A stretch of DNA of 64,000 bases from positions 656 through 64,655 of the forward strand of contig MFIM01000009.1 in assembly GCA_001780725.1 (NCBI GenBank), written 5' to 3'. The stretch comes from Candidatus Giovannonibacteria bacterium RIFCSPLOWO2_02_FULL_45_28 (GTDB lineage: Bacteria; Patescibacteriota; Minisyncoccia; UBA11713; 2-01-FULL-45-33). A program made the translations under genes and the position numbers. The notes under the pieces are model-generated. The model searched no databases and had not been told where the DNA came from. It worked only from the letters and a program-made list of their open reading frames with translations. This document shows, piece by piece, positions 54,913 to 64,000 of this stretch; position 1 is the stretch's first letter; each line of letters opens with the position of its first letter.

Positions 54913-54919
54913 AAACATT

Positions 54920-55411
54920 ATGAAACTGGCGCCGATTCCGGAAAATGAAAAAGAGAGGCTTTTGGCGCTGCGGCGCCTCAAGATTTTAGATACCAAGCCG
55001 GACAAGCGACTTGATCTTTTGACGAAGACCGCAGTCAAAAGGTTTGACGTTCCAATTTCAACAATATCCATTATTGATGAAGAAAGGGAATGGTTTAAAT
55101 CCTGCCAAGGATTGCCGAAAAAAGAAGGCGATAGGGCGATCTCGTTTTGCGGGCATGCAATGCTCGCAAAAAATATTTTTATAGTGGAAGACACATTGAA
55201 AGACGAACGGTTTGCGGACAATCCGTATGTAGTCGGGCCGCCCTATTTACGCTTTTACGCCGGCGTGGCGATTTACGAACACAAAAGCGGTCAGCCAATA
55301 GGAGTATTTTGCATAAAGGATACGGAGCCGCGGACAATGTCTCCGGAAGACATAAGTTTTTTGATAAACTTGGCAGAAAAAGCAGAAGATATACTAAACG
55401 GCGAAGCTTGA
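54920..55411 (+). CDS. stand-alone GAF-domain protein
   Basis: DERFADNPYVVGPPYLRFYAGVAIYEHKSGQPIGVFCIKDTEPR. Confidence 0.6.
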   Translation: MKLAPIPENEKERLLALRRLKILDTKPDKRLDLLTKTAVKRFDVPISTISIIDEEREWFKSCQGLPKKEGDRAISFCGHAMLAKNIFIVEDTLKDERFADNPYVVGPPYLRFYAGVAIYEHKSGQPIGVFCIKDTEPRTMSPEDISFLINLAEKAEDILNGEA

Positions 55412-55486
55412 CTTTTTGACGCATGGGTGTTAGTATATACCCACAACATGATACCGCCAAATAAGGCGGTTTTGTGTTGAAAACAC

Positions 55487-55852
55487 ATGAATTACCTTGT
55501 TTTAGCAGTAATTACGGCGCTTGTTGCGTTTCCGCAACAAGCGCACGAACAGGCTCTGCCGGAAGCGCCTGCAGGAATTGCGCAAAGCGCTGCGCCTGAA
55601 ATTTTGGAGAAAATCGCCTTTTGCGAGTCGCAAGGCAGACATTTTGACGAAAACGGTAAAGTGCTCATCGGCGGAATTAACAAACATGACATCGGCAAGT
55701 ATCAGATCAACTCTCTTTACTGGCGCGAACTTGCAGAACGGCTTGGGTACGACATTGAAGCAGAAGAAGGCAACGAGGCGATGGCAATAGAACTTTACAG
55801 AAGATACGGGACTGCGCCGTGGAAGTGGTCAAAGAAATGCTGGAGCGCGTAA
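55487..55852 (+). CDS. small secreted transglycosylase-like (Rpf-type) protein
   Basis: Signal peptide; IAFCESQGRHFDENG..DIGKYQIN..YW resembles the Rpf/lytic transglycosylase core. Confidence 0.5.
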   Translation: MNYLVLAVITALVAFPQQAHEQALPEAPAGIAQSAAPEILEKIAFCESQGRHFDENGKVLIGGINKHDIGKYQINSLYWRELAERLGYDIEAEEGNEAMAIELYRRYGTAPWKWSKKCWSA

Positions 55853-55858
55853 AACAGC

Positions 55859-56902
55859 CTATTTGTAAGTCGCAATCTTAATCAGTGCGAGCTCAAGCGG
55901 CAAATGCGCCGCCGCATCGTCCATTGGTGTGGTAAGCGCTTCTAAAATTTGGCGCAAGGCGTGCTCTGCTACCGGCGATGTGATTTTTTTTCCGTCAATG
56001 AGGGAGGAGAAAGAAGCAATTTCCTCTGCCGCAAATTCGTGTTCCAAAATGTGTTTTGTTTTGGGGTCTAATGCCAAAAAAAGTATCGCCCGAAAGTTGC
56101 GCAGCATCAATTTTCCCAAAAGCGTCGGATCAGTCCCCTGCTCCAAAACCTTGTCCAGCGCGGCAAGCGTTTCCGCGACGTTTTTCCCAAAAGCCGCGCC
56201 CACGATGCGCTCCACACTTTCTTCTTCGGGCGCGCCTAAAATCACGCGCACATCTTTTTCCTCAATCTTTTTTAATCCGCCGCCAACGACTTGAAATAAA
56301 ATATTTTCCGCGTCTCTTAGCGAGCCATCAGCAAAAAAAGCGATAATTTTGAGCGCATCGTCGCTCGCGGAAAACTCCTCCTTGGAGGATATTTTTTTGA
56401 GTTCCCCGACTATTTCCGGAATGGCTATTTTATGGAACGGAAAATGCTGCGTGCGCGATATGATGGTGTCCGGGACTTTTATGAGTTCCGTCGTGGCTAA
56501 GATAAATATCGCGTGCTCCGGCGGTTCTTCCAGTGTCTTTAAAAGCGCGTTAAATGCCTCTTTTGTAAGCATGTGTACTTCGTCAATTATGTAAACTTTG
56601 AAATCGGAACGGAAAGGAACAATGCGCACGGCTTCCCTTAGCGCTCTTGCTTCATCTATTCCGCGCGAAGACGCCGCGTCTATCTCTATAATGTCTTCAT
56701 CGGCGCACCCGGCCTCGCGCGCCAAAATTCTGGCGACGGTGGTTTTCCCGGTGCCGCGCGGACCGGAGAAAAGATATGCATGCGCGATCCGTTTTTGCGA
56801 AACGGCATTTTTTAAAATTTGAATCGTGCTGTTTTGTCCTACTACCTCCTCAAATTTCTGCGGCCTGTATTTGCGATAAAAAACTAGATTATTTTGCGGC
56901 AT
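55859..56902 (-). CDS. dnaX: DNA polymerase III gamma/tau subunit (short, 347 aa)
   Basis: YRKYRPQKFEEVVGQ..HAYLFSGPRGTGKTT and the box VII/sensor motifs. Confidence 0.85.
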   Translation of the reverse strand: MPQNNLVFYRKYRPQKFEEVVGQNSTIQILKNAVSQKRIAHAYLFSGPRGTGKTTVARILAREAGCADEDIIEIDAASSRGIDEARALREAVRIVPFRSDFKVYIIDEVHMLTKEAFNALLKTLEEPPEHAIFILATTELIKVPDTIISRTQHFPFHKIAIPEIVGELKKISSKEEFSASDDALKIIAFFADGSLRDAENILFQVVGGGLKKIEEKDVRVILGAPEEESVERIVGAAFGKNVAETLAALDKVLEQGTDPTLLGKLMLRNFRAILFLALDPKTKHILEHEFAAEEIASFSSLIDGKKITSPVAEHALRQILEALTTPMDDAAAHLPLELALIKIATYK

Positions 56903-57545
56903 ATTTTCTAAACACTATAAATTTAAATCCGGTAAAATTCCAGATTATTACTAAAATTGAAGCAAGAACCTTTGCCAGGTTAAGCCATCTTCCCGGAGTA
57001 AAATAGGCCGGCGCCGGAATATAAGTCGTAATAATTATTATGGAAACTGTGTTTAAAATAAGCCCGCCGACGGTGATGGCGAGGAATTTTGGGAAGTCGG
57101 AGAAAAGCCCGTTAGAGGCCCTCGCTGCAAGCGAGGCAGTCCCGCCTGCAGCTGGACTTGCCTTTAACGTGGTAAACACCCACAGCTTGTTCCACAAATA
57201 CCCGTTAAAAACCGCGATTATAAACCCAGGCATGTTTACCCACCCGACAACAATTCCAGCCGTGATGCCAGTTAAGTTGCTTACAACATTGAGGGTTGTA
57301 AAATCAATCAAAGTGGAGAGAAAGCCGGCGGTAACATATTTTCCGAATTGTTCAAAAAACGGGTAGTAACGCCCCAAAAATCCTCCAAGCCATACTCCAA
57401 ATGCAAAAAAGACCGGAACGCCGACCAAAAAAGCAGCCTCTTTATAAGGAAACGAAATCTCCAAATAAAAAGCCATAACCAGCGCCAAAAGCCCCGTAAA
57501 AAACCCAACCACAGCCCCAATCCAATAATCTTTTTTTGTGATCAT
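56889..57545 (-). CDS. GtrA-like polytopic membrane protein
   Basis: Duplicated 2x GtrA-like halves (..N..WNKLWVF.., ..KFIVFRK). Confidence 0.55.
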   Translation of the reverse strand: MITKKDYWIGAVVGFFTGLLALVMAFYLEISFPYKEAAFLVGVPVFFAFGVWLGGFLGRYYPFFEQFGKYVTAGFLSTLIDFTTLNVVSNLTGITAGIVVGWVNMPGFIIAVFNGYLWNKLWVFTTLKASPAAGGTASLAARASNGLFSDFPKFLAITVGGLILNTVSIIIITTYIPAPAYFTPGRWLNLAKVLASILVIIWNFTGFKFIVFRKYAAK

Positions 57546-59965
57546 AACACCTGATGCCTTTTTCTAATTTCCTCCTCTACTTCTTCGCGGGGGCGGGAAT
57601 ATTTGGAACGCGAGAGCTCTTTTATGCGTTCCGCCGTTTGCGTATTGTCCGCCGTCGCTTGTCTGTAAGGTGGCGTTTTTATGTTGAACGGCTTTGATGT
57701 CTGCCCGTCTATTAAAAGCTTAAGGTAAGCGTTGAAGTTATCAATATTCAGCAAATCCTGCGCGGAAAATACCGGTTGAAACTGCTTTTCCATATATTCC
57801 GCGTCGTCCGAGCCGATGCGGAAAGACAAAATTGATCCGACGTTTCCAAAAACCGCCTTTTTTATCTCTTCTTCCAATTGCCCGATAAATTGGTGCGCAA
57901 TTATAAGATTGAGTTTGTATTTTCTTGCCTCCGAAAGGATGGTGGCAATTGATTTTGTCGTAACGTTTTGAAATTCGTCTATATAAAGATAAAAAGCTCC
58001 GCGTTCCGTTTGCGGCTTGTCCGTGCGGGACAGCGCCGCCATCAAAATTTTCCCTACCATAATAAGGCCCAAAAGGCTGGAATTTAACTCGCCCAATTTG
58101 CCTTTAGAAAGGTTTAAAAGCAAAATCTTCTTTCCGTCCATCACGTCGCGGATGTTAAACGCCGAATGCTCCTGCGCTATAATCGGGCGCATAATTTCAT
58201 TTGCCAAAAAAGTGTCAAATTTGCTTACGATGTAGGGTACCATATTTGCCAATGATTGCTCGCCGCCGGCTTTCTCCGCGATTTGCCGCCAGAAAGTTTC
58301 CACCACGATGTTTTTGGAGCGCGAGAGTTTATGGTCGCGGAAAGATTTGTCGGTCAGAACTCTTTCAATATCCAAAAGAGTGTTGCCGCTTTCCGGATCT
58401 TCCATTACAAGCATCGCGGCGTTCCTGAAATATTGTTCAAACATCGGGCCTCCGGCAATGGACATATTGAAGAGTTTATTAAAAATTTCCAAAAGTTCGT
58501 TGACTATAAGACTGCGCTGTTCCGGAAATCTGGGGTCAAATTCCAGCATATTGAGTCCAATTGGATGCCCCGCGTCCCCGGGATCAAAATAAATGACGTC
58601 CTCCGCGCGCTCTTCGGGTATAAGAGGCAGCACCGACCCGATAAGATCTCCGTGCGGATCAACCACAGCAACCCCATTTCCCTGCTGAATATCCTGAATG
58701 ATCATATTGTGCATAAGGCTGGATTTGCCTGTGCCTGTCTGCCCGATTATATAAAAATGGCGTTCCCTGTCCTCTTTTTTAATATGAACCGGCCGCTCCT
58801 CGCCCCTAAAAGAACTTACACCGAGCATTATGCCTTCTTTGGGTAAATTTATCGGTGCTGCGGCCTCTCTGGCTTTTAGGGTGCGCACCGCAGGCGCAGC
58901 TCTTTTGGAATAAGGCAAATGGTAAACGCTGGCGATTTCTTCAACATTCAGATTTAAAACATGGTTTTCGTCAAATAGCCTGAATGAAAAACGCTCAACC
59001 AGTTTTCGCAGCGCTTTCCCGCCAAGCTCTTTTATTTTAAATTCGCTGCCTTCGGGATTTGTAAACTGGAAAAAACTTGCTCCTAAATTTTTAAGCAAAG
59101 CGTCGGCCCGTTCCGTGGAAGCGGCGGACGCAAGAATGCGAACGTTGCATTCAAACGTTGTTTTGCCGGCTTTCTCTTCAAAAAGCTTGGCCAGCTCCTC
59201 GTCGTATGCGGTTCTTTGGTCTTTGGATTTTTTCTTGCCGGAAAAAATATCCCAAAACACGCTCCAAAATCCGGTTTTACCCAAAACTTCTTTTCGGGAA
59301 ATCCCCTCTTTTAATTTTTGCGCTGCGCTGTGTGCGTGTTTTTTTGTGTTCTCGCTGCCGAATCTTAAAACTATCTGCAAGGCCGCTCCCTCGCCATATT
59401 CTTTAATTTTAGAAAAGGCGGAAGTTATTGTTTCCAAAGGGTCGGCCGCAAGCTTCTGGTAAGTTTTTATCGGTAAAATTTCGGATCCGGAATGCAAAAC
59501 CAAAGCGCCTGCGGTAGCGCCCTCAACGTTAAAAATATTGTAATCCGACACCCTTTCTATTTTGGCCTCCGGAAAGGAGCCGTGAAGCTGGTTTTGGAGC
59601 AGAGATTCATAAATTTTCGGGAACGCAATGTAGAAAAAAATTTCACTCCCGCGGTTGTGAGAAGCGATTTCCATGGCAAAAGACGGATTGCCCCAGAGTT
59701 TGCCTGCAACGCCTTTCTTTTTCGTTTGAACAAGCCCGTTTAAAAGTTGTTCCATTTGCATTATGAAGTTTTTCAACGCTTCCCTTTCATCTACTTTTTG
59801 GGTTCCAACAGCGGTTTCCGGAGCGCTGATTAAATAAAGCGCAAGGCCCAAGCCGGAGCTGACATTGCGGAATTTTTTCGCGCGCCGATAGAAAAAAACG
59901 GAAAACAGCCAAAGCAAAATTGCCAGCAAGATAAAAAATATAATATAAATGGTTGCGGCGTTCAC
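57542..59965 (-). CDS. membrane-anchored VirD4/TraG/TraD-like type IV coupling protein family ATPase
   Basis: N-terminal TM; Walker A YIIGQTGTGKSS; Walker B LYIDEFQN; 807 aa. Confidence 0.5.
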   Translation of the reverse strand: MNAATIYIIFFILLAILLWLFSVFFYRRAKKFRNVSSGLGLALYLISAPETAVGTQKVDEREALKNFIMQMEQLLNGLVQTKKKGVAGKLWGNPSFAMEIASHNRGSEIFFYIAFPKIYESLLQNQLHGSFPEAKIERVSDYNIFNVEGATAGALVLHSGSEILPIKTYQKLAADPLETITSAFSKIKEYGEGAALQIVLRFGSENTKKHAHSAAQKLKEGISRKEVLGKTGFWSVFWDIFSGKKKSKDQRTAYDEELAKLFEEKAGKTTFECNVRILASAASTERADALLKNLGASFFQFTNPEGSEFKIKELGGKALRKLVERFSFRLFDENHVLNLNVEEIASVYHLPYSKRAAPAVRTLKAREAAAPINLPKEGIMLGVSSFRGEERPVHIKKEDRERHFYIIGQTGTGKSSLMHNMIIQDIQQGNGVAVVDPHGDLIGSVLPLIPEERAEDVIYFDPGDAGHPIGLNMLEFDPRFPEQRSLIVNELLEIFNKLFNMSIAGGPMFEQYFRNAAMLVMEDPESGNTLLDIERVLTDKSFRDHKLSRSKNIVVETFWRQIAEKAGGEQSLANMVPYIVSKFDTFLANEIMRPIIAQEHSAFNIRDVMDGKKILLLNLSKGKLGELNSSLLGLIMVGKILMAALSRTDKPQTERGAFYLYIDEFQNVTTKSIATILSEARKYKLNLIIAHQFIGQLEEEIKKAVFGNVGSILSFRIGSDDAEYMEKQFQPVFSAQDLLNIDNFNAYLKLLIDGQTSKPFNIKTPPYRQATADNTQTAERIKELSRSKYSRPREEVEEEIRKRHQVL

Positions 59966-60351
59966 TTGATTTTTCTGGCTTGAAGTAGCTTTTCGTAATA
60001 TTTGTCCGTCAAAGTGTCGTGGAATTCGTCTAGAAGGTGCGGGTTTTTAAGAGAGTTGACGACTTTAAGCGCGGATACAATTCCCTTTGTTAGTGCCAGC
60101 GAAACGAGCTCTTCAATAATGTGCGCGTGTTCCTGCTCCTTAAGGTCGTAGGCGGCTTTTTGGGCGGCGTCATCCGAAATGGAAGGCGTCGGCGGCGGTC
60201 CGCCGGTTGGCGGATGCGCGGCTTCACGTATCGCTTCGCGCACAATCTCTTTTTCGTGCTTTGCCTCGCCGCGTCCGGCAAGCTCCTTTTTTCTGGCCTC
60301 CAGCTGTTCTTCCAGCCATTTTATTTCCTCATGTACGGATTCCTGGGGCAT
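59962..60351 (-). CDS. hypothetical protein translationally coupled to the coupling-protein-like gene
   Basis: 4-nt overlap with the downstream gene start; Pro/Gly-rich middle region. Confidence 0.4.
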   Translation of the reverse strand: MPQESVHEEIKWLEEQLEARKKELAGRGEAKHEKEIVREAIREAAHPPTGGPPPTPSISDDAAQKAAYDLKEQEHAHIIEELVSLALTKGIVSALKVVNSLKNPHLLDEFHDTLTDKYYEKLLQARKIK

Positions 60352-60374
60352 ATTCCTTATGATACAATAAATAT

Positions 60375-62063
60375 ATGCGAGGAGCTACTTTGTGGCTTGT
60401 TATTATTTTACTTATAGCGGTTTTTTTCCGTTTTTACGATTTAAAAAATGTGCCGCCAGGGCTGTGGGCGGACGAAGCAATAAACGGGAATAATGCGGTG
60501 GAGGCGAACTGGAAAGTTTTTTACCCGGAGAATTTTGGCAGAGAAGGCCTTTTTATAAATATTCAATCGTTGTTTGTCACCGCCTTCGGCAACGAGCCGT
60601 GGGTATTGCGCTTGCCTTCGGCGATTTTCGGCGCATTGACCGTGCTGGGGCTTTATTTAATGACACGCGAACTATTTAGCGGAAAGGTTGCGTTGTTCGC
60701 TTCTTTTTTTCTGGCAACTTCTTTTTGGCATATTAATTTTTCCCGCATCGGATTCCGCGCGATTATGGCGCCGTTTTTTTTGGTCTGGAGTTTCTATTTT
60801 TTATTTTTAGGAATGAGAAAAACTGCGACCTTCTCAACACTCGGTGTTGAATCACCAAAAACACAGAGTGTTTTCCCAGTCGCAGTTTTTGCTTTGGCTG
60901 GATTACTTTTTGGCCTCGGCTTTCACTCCTATATTGCTTACCGAATTGCGCCCGTAATCGCACTTTTGCCGCTTTGGAAATTTTATAAATTGCGGTTGAT
61001 TGAAGTCCGACTTCAATCAGTTTCTGATGGAAGTCGGACTTCAATCATTTCTCGCGCTTGCACGCCGTGCCTAATTGGCCTTTTTATTTTCATGGCTTTC
61101 GTTGCCGCTCTTCCTTTGCTTTGGTATTATGCGCAGAATCCGGCGGATTTTTTGGGAAGAACTTCGGCAATATCAATTTTCCGATCACCGAACCCGCTCG
61201 CTCAATTTTCAGAAAATTTTGTAAAAACTCTGGGGATGTTCAATGTTGTAGGCGATTTTAACTGGCGGCACAATCTTGCCGGCTCTCCCCAGCTTTGGTG
61301 GTCAGTAGGAATTTTATTTCTTTTTGGTCTTTTGGTCGCATTGCGCTCCTCAACACTCGGTGTTAAATCCCAAAAAACACCGAGTGTTTTCCCGCGCAAT
61401 GCGTATAATTTTGTTCTGCTTTGGTTTGCAATCATGCTATTGCCAGTCGCTCTTTCCAACGAATCTTTGCCGCATGCCCTTCGCGCCATTGTTTTGATAC
61501 CGCCTGCGATGATTTTTGCCGCTTTGGGGCTGGAACGGATTATTGAAAAATTTAAAACGTGGCTAGAAAAGCAAAAAAACAATTGGCCGAGCAAGCTAAA
61601 CCAGCTTCTTCGCATACAGCGCGAGCTTATTTTATTGCTTTTTGTATTTTTTGCCGCCAATATTGCCCATGCTTATAACGCATACTTTCTTCGCTGGGCT
61701 CCAAATTTTAACGTTTACCAAGCATTTCAGGTCGACATTACGGAAAAGGCTCATTGGCTTAATCAACAGCCAGAAAACATTAAAAAATATGTTATTACTG
61801 ACGCCGTTGATCGTATAGATATAAGCGGCTCTCCAATGTCGCTTCAACCGGTTATTTTTATCACAAATACTTTTTTTGAAAAAGTTCAGAAAGAAAAAAA
61901 TATTTATTATTTTGGCGCAAACAATCTGAGCGGCGTTGATTGCTCCGGCAAATGCGTTATTATCCCGGTTGAATCAAAACCCACAATTTATAAAACCCTG
62001 AAACAAAAAATCCCAGGTTTGCGCTTGGATGCTTCCCCTGGGTTTGTGATTTTTAGAAAATGA
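60375..62063 (+). CDS. GT-C fold glycosyltransferase family 39 (PMT/ArnT-like)
   Basis: N-terminal DE motif (WADEAINGNNA), about 12 TM. Carries three in-frame palindromic inserts. Confidence 0.7.
   Translation: MRGATLWLVIILLIAVFFRFYDLKNVPPGLWADEAINGNNAVEANWKVFYPENFGREGLFINIQSLFVTAFGNEPWVLRLPSAIFGALTVLGLYLMTRELFSGKVALFASFFLATSFWHINFSRIGFRAIMAPFFLVWSFYFLFLGMRKTATFSTLGVESPKTQSVFPVAVFALAGLLFGLGFHSYIAYRIAPVIALLPLWKFYKLRLIEVRLQSVSDGSRTSIISRACTPCLIGLFIFMAFVAALPLLWYYAQNPADFLGRTSAISIFRSPNPLAQFSENFVKTLGMFNVVGDFNWRHNLAGSPQLWWSVGILFLFGLLVALRSSTLGVKSQKTPSVFPRNAYNFVLLWFAIMLLPVALSNESLPHALRAIVLIPPAMIFAALGLERIIEKFKTWLEKQKNNWPSKLNQLLRIQRELILLLFVFFAANIAHAYNAYFLRWAPNFNVYQAFQVDITEKAHWLNQQPENIKKYVITDAVDRIDISGSPMSLQPVIFITNTFFEKVQKEKNIYYFGANNLSGVDCSGKCVIIPVESKPTIYKTLKQKIPGLRLDASPGFVIFRK
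60821..60877 (+). repeat. 57-bp in-frame palindromic element, copy 1, inside the GT39 gene
   Basis: aactgcgacc..CAACACTCGGTGTTgaatcaccaaaaaCACAGAGTGTT..gtcgcagtt: nested inverted repeats. About 90% identical core to 61338..61402. Confidence 0.7.
60997..61047 (+). repeat. tandem 23-nt palindromes (tgattgaagtccgacttcaatca / tgatggaagtcggacttcaatca) inside the GT39 gene
   Basis: Read directly. In-frame, encoding LIEVRLQSVSDGSRTSII. Confidence 0.65.
61338..61402 (+). repeat. 65-bp in-frame palindromic element, copy 2, inside the GT39 gene
   Basis: gcattgcgc..CAACACTCGGTGTTaaatcccaaaaaaCACCGAGTGTT..gcgcaatgc. Confidence 0.7.
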
Positions 62064-63787
62064 ATAAATACGCGAATTATTTAGCAATTTTGATGCTCGC
62101 GATAATGTTTGCGCTGATGTTTGGGTCAAGCATAAATGATTCGGCGATTTTTGATGAGGTGGCGCATATCGGGGCGGGATACACATATTTGAAGTATCAA
62201 GACGGAAGGCTGAATCCGGAGCACCCACCGCTTTTGAAAAGTTTGGCCGCGTTGCCACTTGTGTTTCTGAATTTGAAATTTGACCAAGGACAGCAATTTT
62301 GGACAATAGAAAATGTGAACGATCGGCAATGGCTTGCCGGCAATCACCTTCTATATGAAGCTGGCAACGATGCAGATCAAATTCTTTTTTGGTCGCGATT
62401 GCCAATGATTTTGCTAACTATTCTTTTTGGGTGGATTTTGTTTTGGTGGGTAAAAAGGCGCTATGGAGCGAGAGTGGGATTGCTTACTTTATTTTTCTTT
62501 TCCGTCTCTCCTACTTTTTTAGCGCACGGAAGATATGTTACAACCGATGTCGGAGCCGCATTCGGATTTTTTCTTGGAATCATTTTTTTTCTAAAGTTTT
62601 TGGAAAGGTGGGATTTAAAATCAGCAATTTGGCTAGGTATAGTACTGGGGTTTGCCCTGCTTCTTAAATTTTCGCTTGTTTTATTGCTGCCGGTTTATTT
62701 GATTTTGGGAGTTTTTCGGATATTTCTCGGTCGCAGAAAAGATAACCCCTCCCCCCAACCCACTCCCCTAGGGGGAGTGGGGAATTGGGTGGGGTTCCTC
62801 TCATTATTGGGGACACTTGCTTTCTCCAGCCTCATTGCTTTAGCCATCGTTTGTATCGCTTATATCTCCCAAATCTGGAATTATCCTCATGACCAGCAGA
62901 TAAAAGATTCGCGCTACATTCTTGCGGGCTACCAATATCAATCTTTGGCAAAACTTGATTTTTGGCTTACAGAACACAAGCTAACGCGGCCGCTAGGGCT
63001 TTACTCGCAGGGCTTTTTGATGGTTGCGCGGCGCACTGCCGGTGGAAATACGGCTTACTTTATGGGCGAGGTTTCTTCAAAAGGATGGTGGTCATATTTT
63101 CCGACTCTGGCAATCACAAAAGAACAGCTTGGGTTTTATATTTTAGCGGCGGTGGCGATTTTTTGGGCAATAAAAAAACGAGCAAAGCCGGATTTTGTAA
63201 GTTTATCTGCAATTGTTTTTATAATCTTTTATTGGATTTCTTCAATTTTAAATCCGTTAAACATCGGTGTGAGGCACGTGCTCCCGACTTTTCCGTTTTT
63301 ATATTTTTTAGTGGCGAAAGAATTATCTGAAATAAAACTGAATTTGTTAACCGTAGTTATAATGCTATGGATGATTGTGGAAATAATTCTAGCTTTTCCC
63401 TACTATCTTTCTTATTACAACGCGCTGGGAGGCGGTTTGCAAAACGGCTACAAAATCGCAACTGATTCCAACCATGACTGGGGGCAGGACTTAAAACGCC
63501 TCCGCGATTATGTGGAAAAAAGTAATATTTCAAAAATAAATCTTGATTATTTCGGAGGCGGTTCACCAAAATATTATCTAGGAGAAAAATATGAAGGCTG
63601 GTGGTCATCGCGCGGCGCTCCTCCTGCCGGCTCTTATTTTGCCGTATCGCTTAATTCTTTGACCGGCAACCAAGCCAAACCGATCGGCGATGTGCAGATC
63701 AAGCCGGAAGACACCTATTCTTGGCTCAAAAACAAAACCCCGATTGCTCGGGGTGGAATATCTATTTTGATATTTAAGATAGATTAA
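62060..63787 (+). CDS. second GT-C glycosyltransferase family 39 (ArnT/PMT-like) paralogue
   Basis: DEVAH..GY..HPPLLK N-terminal motif, multi-TM. In-frame GC palindrome insert at 62744..62800. Confidence 0.7.
   Translation: MNKYANYLAILMLAIMFALMFGSSINDSAIFDEVAHIGAGYTYLKYQDGRLNPEHPPLLKSLAALPLVFLNLKFDQGQQFWTIENVNDRQWLAGNHLLYEAGNDADQILFWSRLPMILLTILFGWILFWWVKRRYGARVGLLTLFFFSVSPTFLAHGRYVTTDVGAAFGFFLGIIFFLKFLERWDLKSAIWLGIVLGFALLLKFSLVLLLPVYLILGVFRIFLGRRKDNPSPQPTPLGGVGNWVGFLSLLGTLAFSSLIALAIVCIAYISQIWNYPHDQQIKDSRYILAGYQYQSLAKLDFWLTEHKLTRPLGLYSQGFLMVARRTAGGNTAYFMGEVSSKGWWSYFPTLAITKEQLGFYILAAVAIFWAIKKRAKPDFVSLSAIVFIIFYWISSILNPLNIGVRHVLPTFPFLYFLVAKELSEIKLNLLTVVIMLWMIVEIILAFPYYLSYYNALGGGLQNGYKIATDSNHDWGQDLKRLRDYVEKSNISKINLDYFGGGSPKYYLGEKYEGWWSSRGAPPAGSYFAVSLNSLTGNQAKPIGDVQIKPEDTYSWLKNKTPIARGGISILIFKID
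62759..62781 (+). repeat. GC-rich palindrome CCCACTCCCC-ta-GGGGAGTGGG inside the second GT39 gene, preceded by AACCCCTCCCCCCAACC
   Basis: Read directly. Encodes DNPSPQPTPLGGVGNW. Confidence 0.6.
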
Positions 63788-63790
63788 TAA

Positions 63791-64000
63791 TTAATCATCC
63801 CATCCACGCTCTTTCCATTCATACTCATCAATGCCAATGTTATTGAGGACTTTTGTTTTTAATTCATTGCGTTTGTTCTTCGGGATAAAGCCTCTTTTGC
63901 CTCCTTTCTTACGCCAATATTTCATTATCCGTGAGTCTACATGCTTATATATTTGCTCCACGTAAGTATTAAAGTAGTCACTATAAGCAGTTTCCTTTGC
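63791..64000 (-). CDS. partial hypothetical protein (N-terminus beyond window)
   Basis: Minus-strand frame reads ..YVEQIYKHVDSRIMKYWRKKGGKRGFIPKNKRNELKTKVLNNIGIDEYEWKERGWDD-stop. Confidence 0.3.
   Translation of the reverse strand, partial: AKETAYSDYFNTYVEQIYKHVDSRIMKYWRKKGGKRGFIPKNKRNELKTKVLNNIGIDEYEWKERGWDD

Noticed and set aside
55492-55790. Several antisense and alternative-frame ORFs inside the transglycosylase-like gene
   Set aside because: GC-skewed alternative frames. Only the 55487 frame has a signal peptide and family motif.

Overview
The window reads as a chromosomal segment from a small-genome bacterium, probably Candidate Phyla Radiation/Patescibacteria-like. That call rests on compact AlaRS and AspRS forms, a PaaX-like gene, small GIY-YIG proteins, a type IV pilin, a VirD4-like ATPase, and at least two leaderless consensus promoters. 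The housekeeping backbone covers mnmA-alaS; infA-rpmJ-rpsM-rpsK-rpsD-rpoA-rplQ-rplM-rpsI; a CIRCE-controlled hrcA-grpE-dnaK-dnaJ operon; dacB/mraY/ftsW/murG; gltX, cysS, aspS, dnaB, recR, def-fmt and dnaX; and tRNA-Lys and tRNA-Gln. Interleaved are small accessory insertions, three of them bracketed by short direct duplications of flanking sequence: a PaaX-like gene (46 nt), a RelE/ParE toxin-antitoxin pair (20 bp), and a GIY-YIG nuclease plus an intact tRNA-Lys lying between two tRNA-Lys-derived fragments (57 bp). Those fragments carry GC-rich hairpin insertions in the D-loop and anticodon loop. Other stand-outs: a 788-aa secreted tail-fibre-like protein (peptidase S74 intramolecular-chaperone domain plus Ig-like domain) whose promoter holds a G10 tract and whose signal-peptide coding region holds a (CT)7 tract, suggesting a phase-variable adhesin; an HExxH protein and an alpha/beta hydrolase sitting inside the chaperone operon; and a family of short palindromic elements inserted in-frame into coding genes (two GT39 glycosyltransferases, gltX, cysS, possibly mnmA), reminiscent of Rickettsia palindromic elements. 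No CRISPR array, rRNA or large prophage was seen. All protein calls come from reading the supplied translations against remembered family motifs; nothing was searched.
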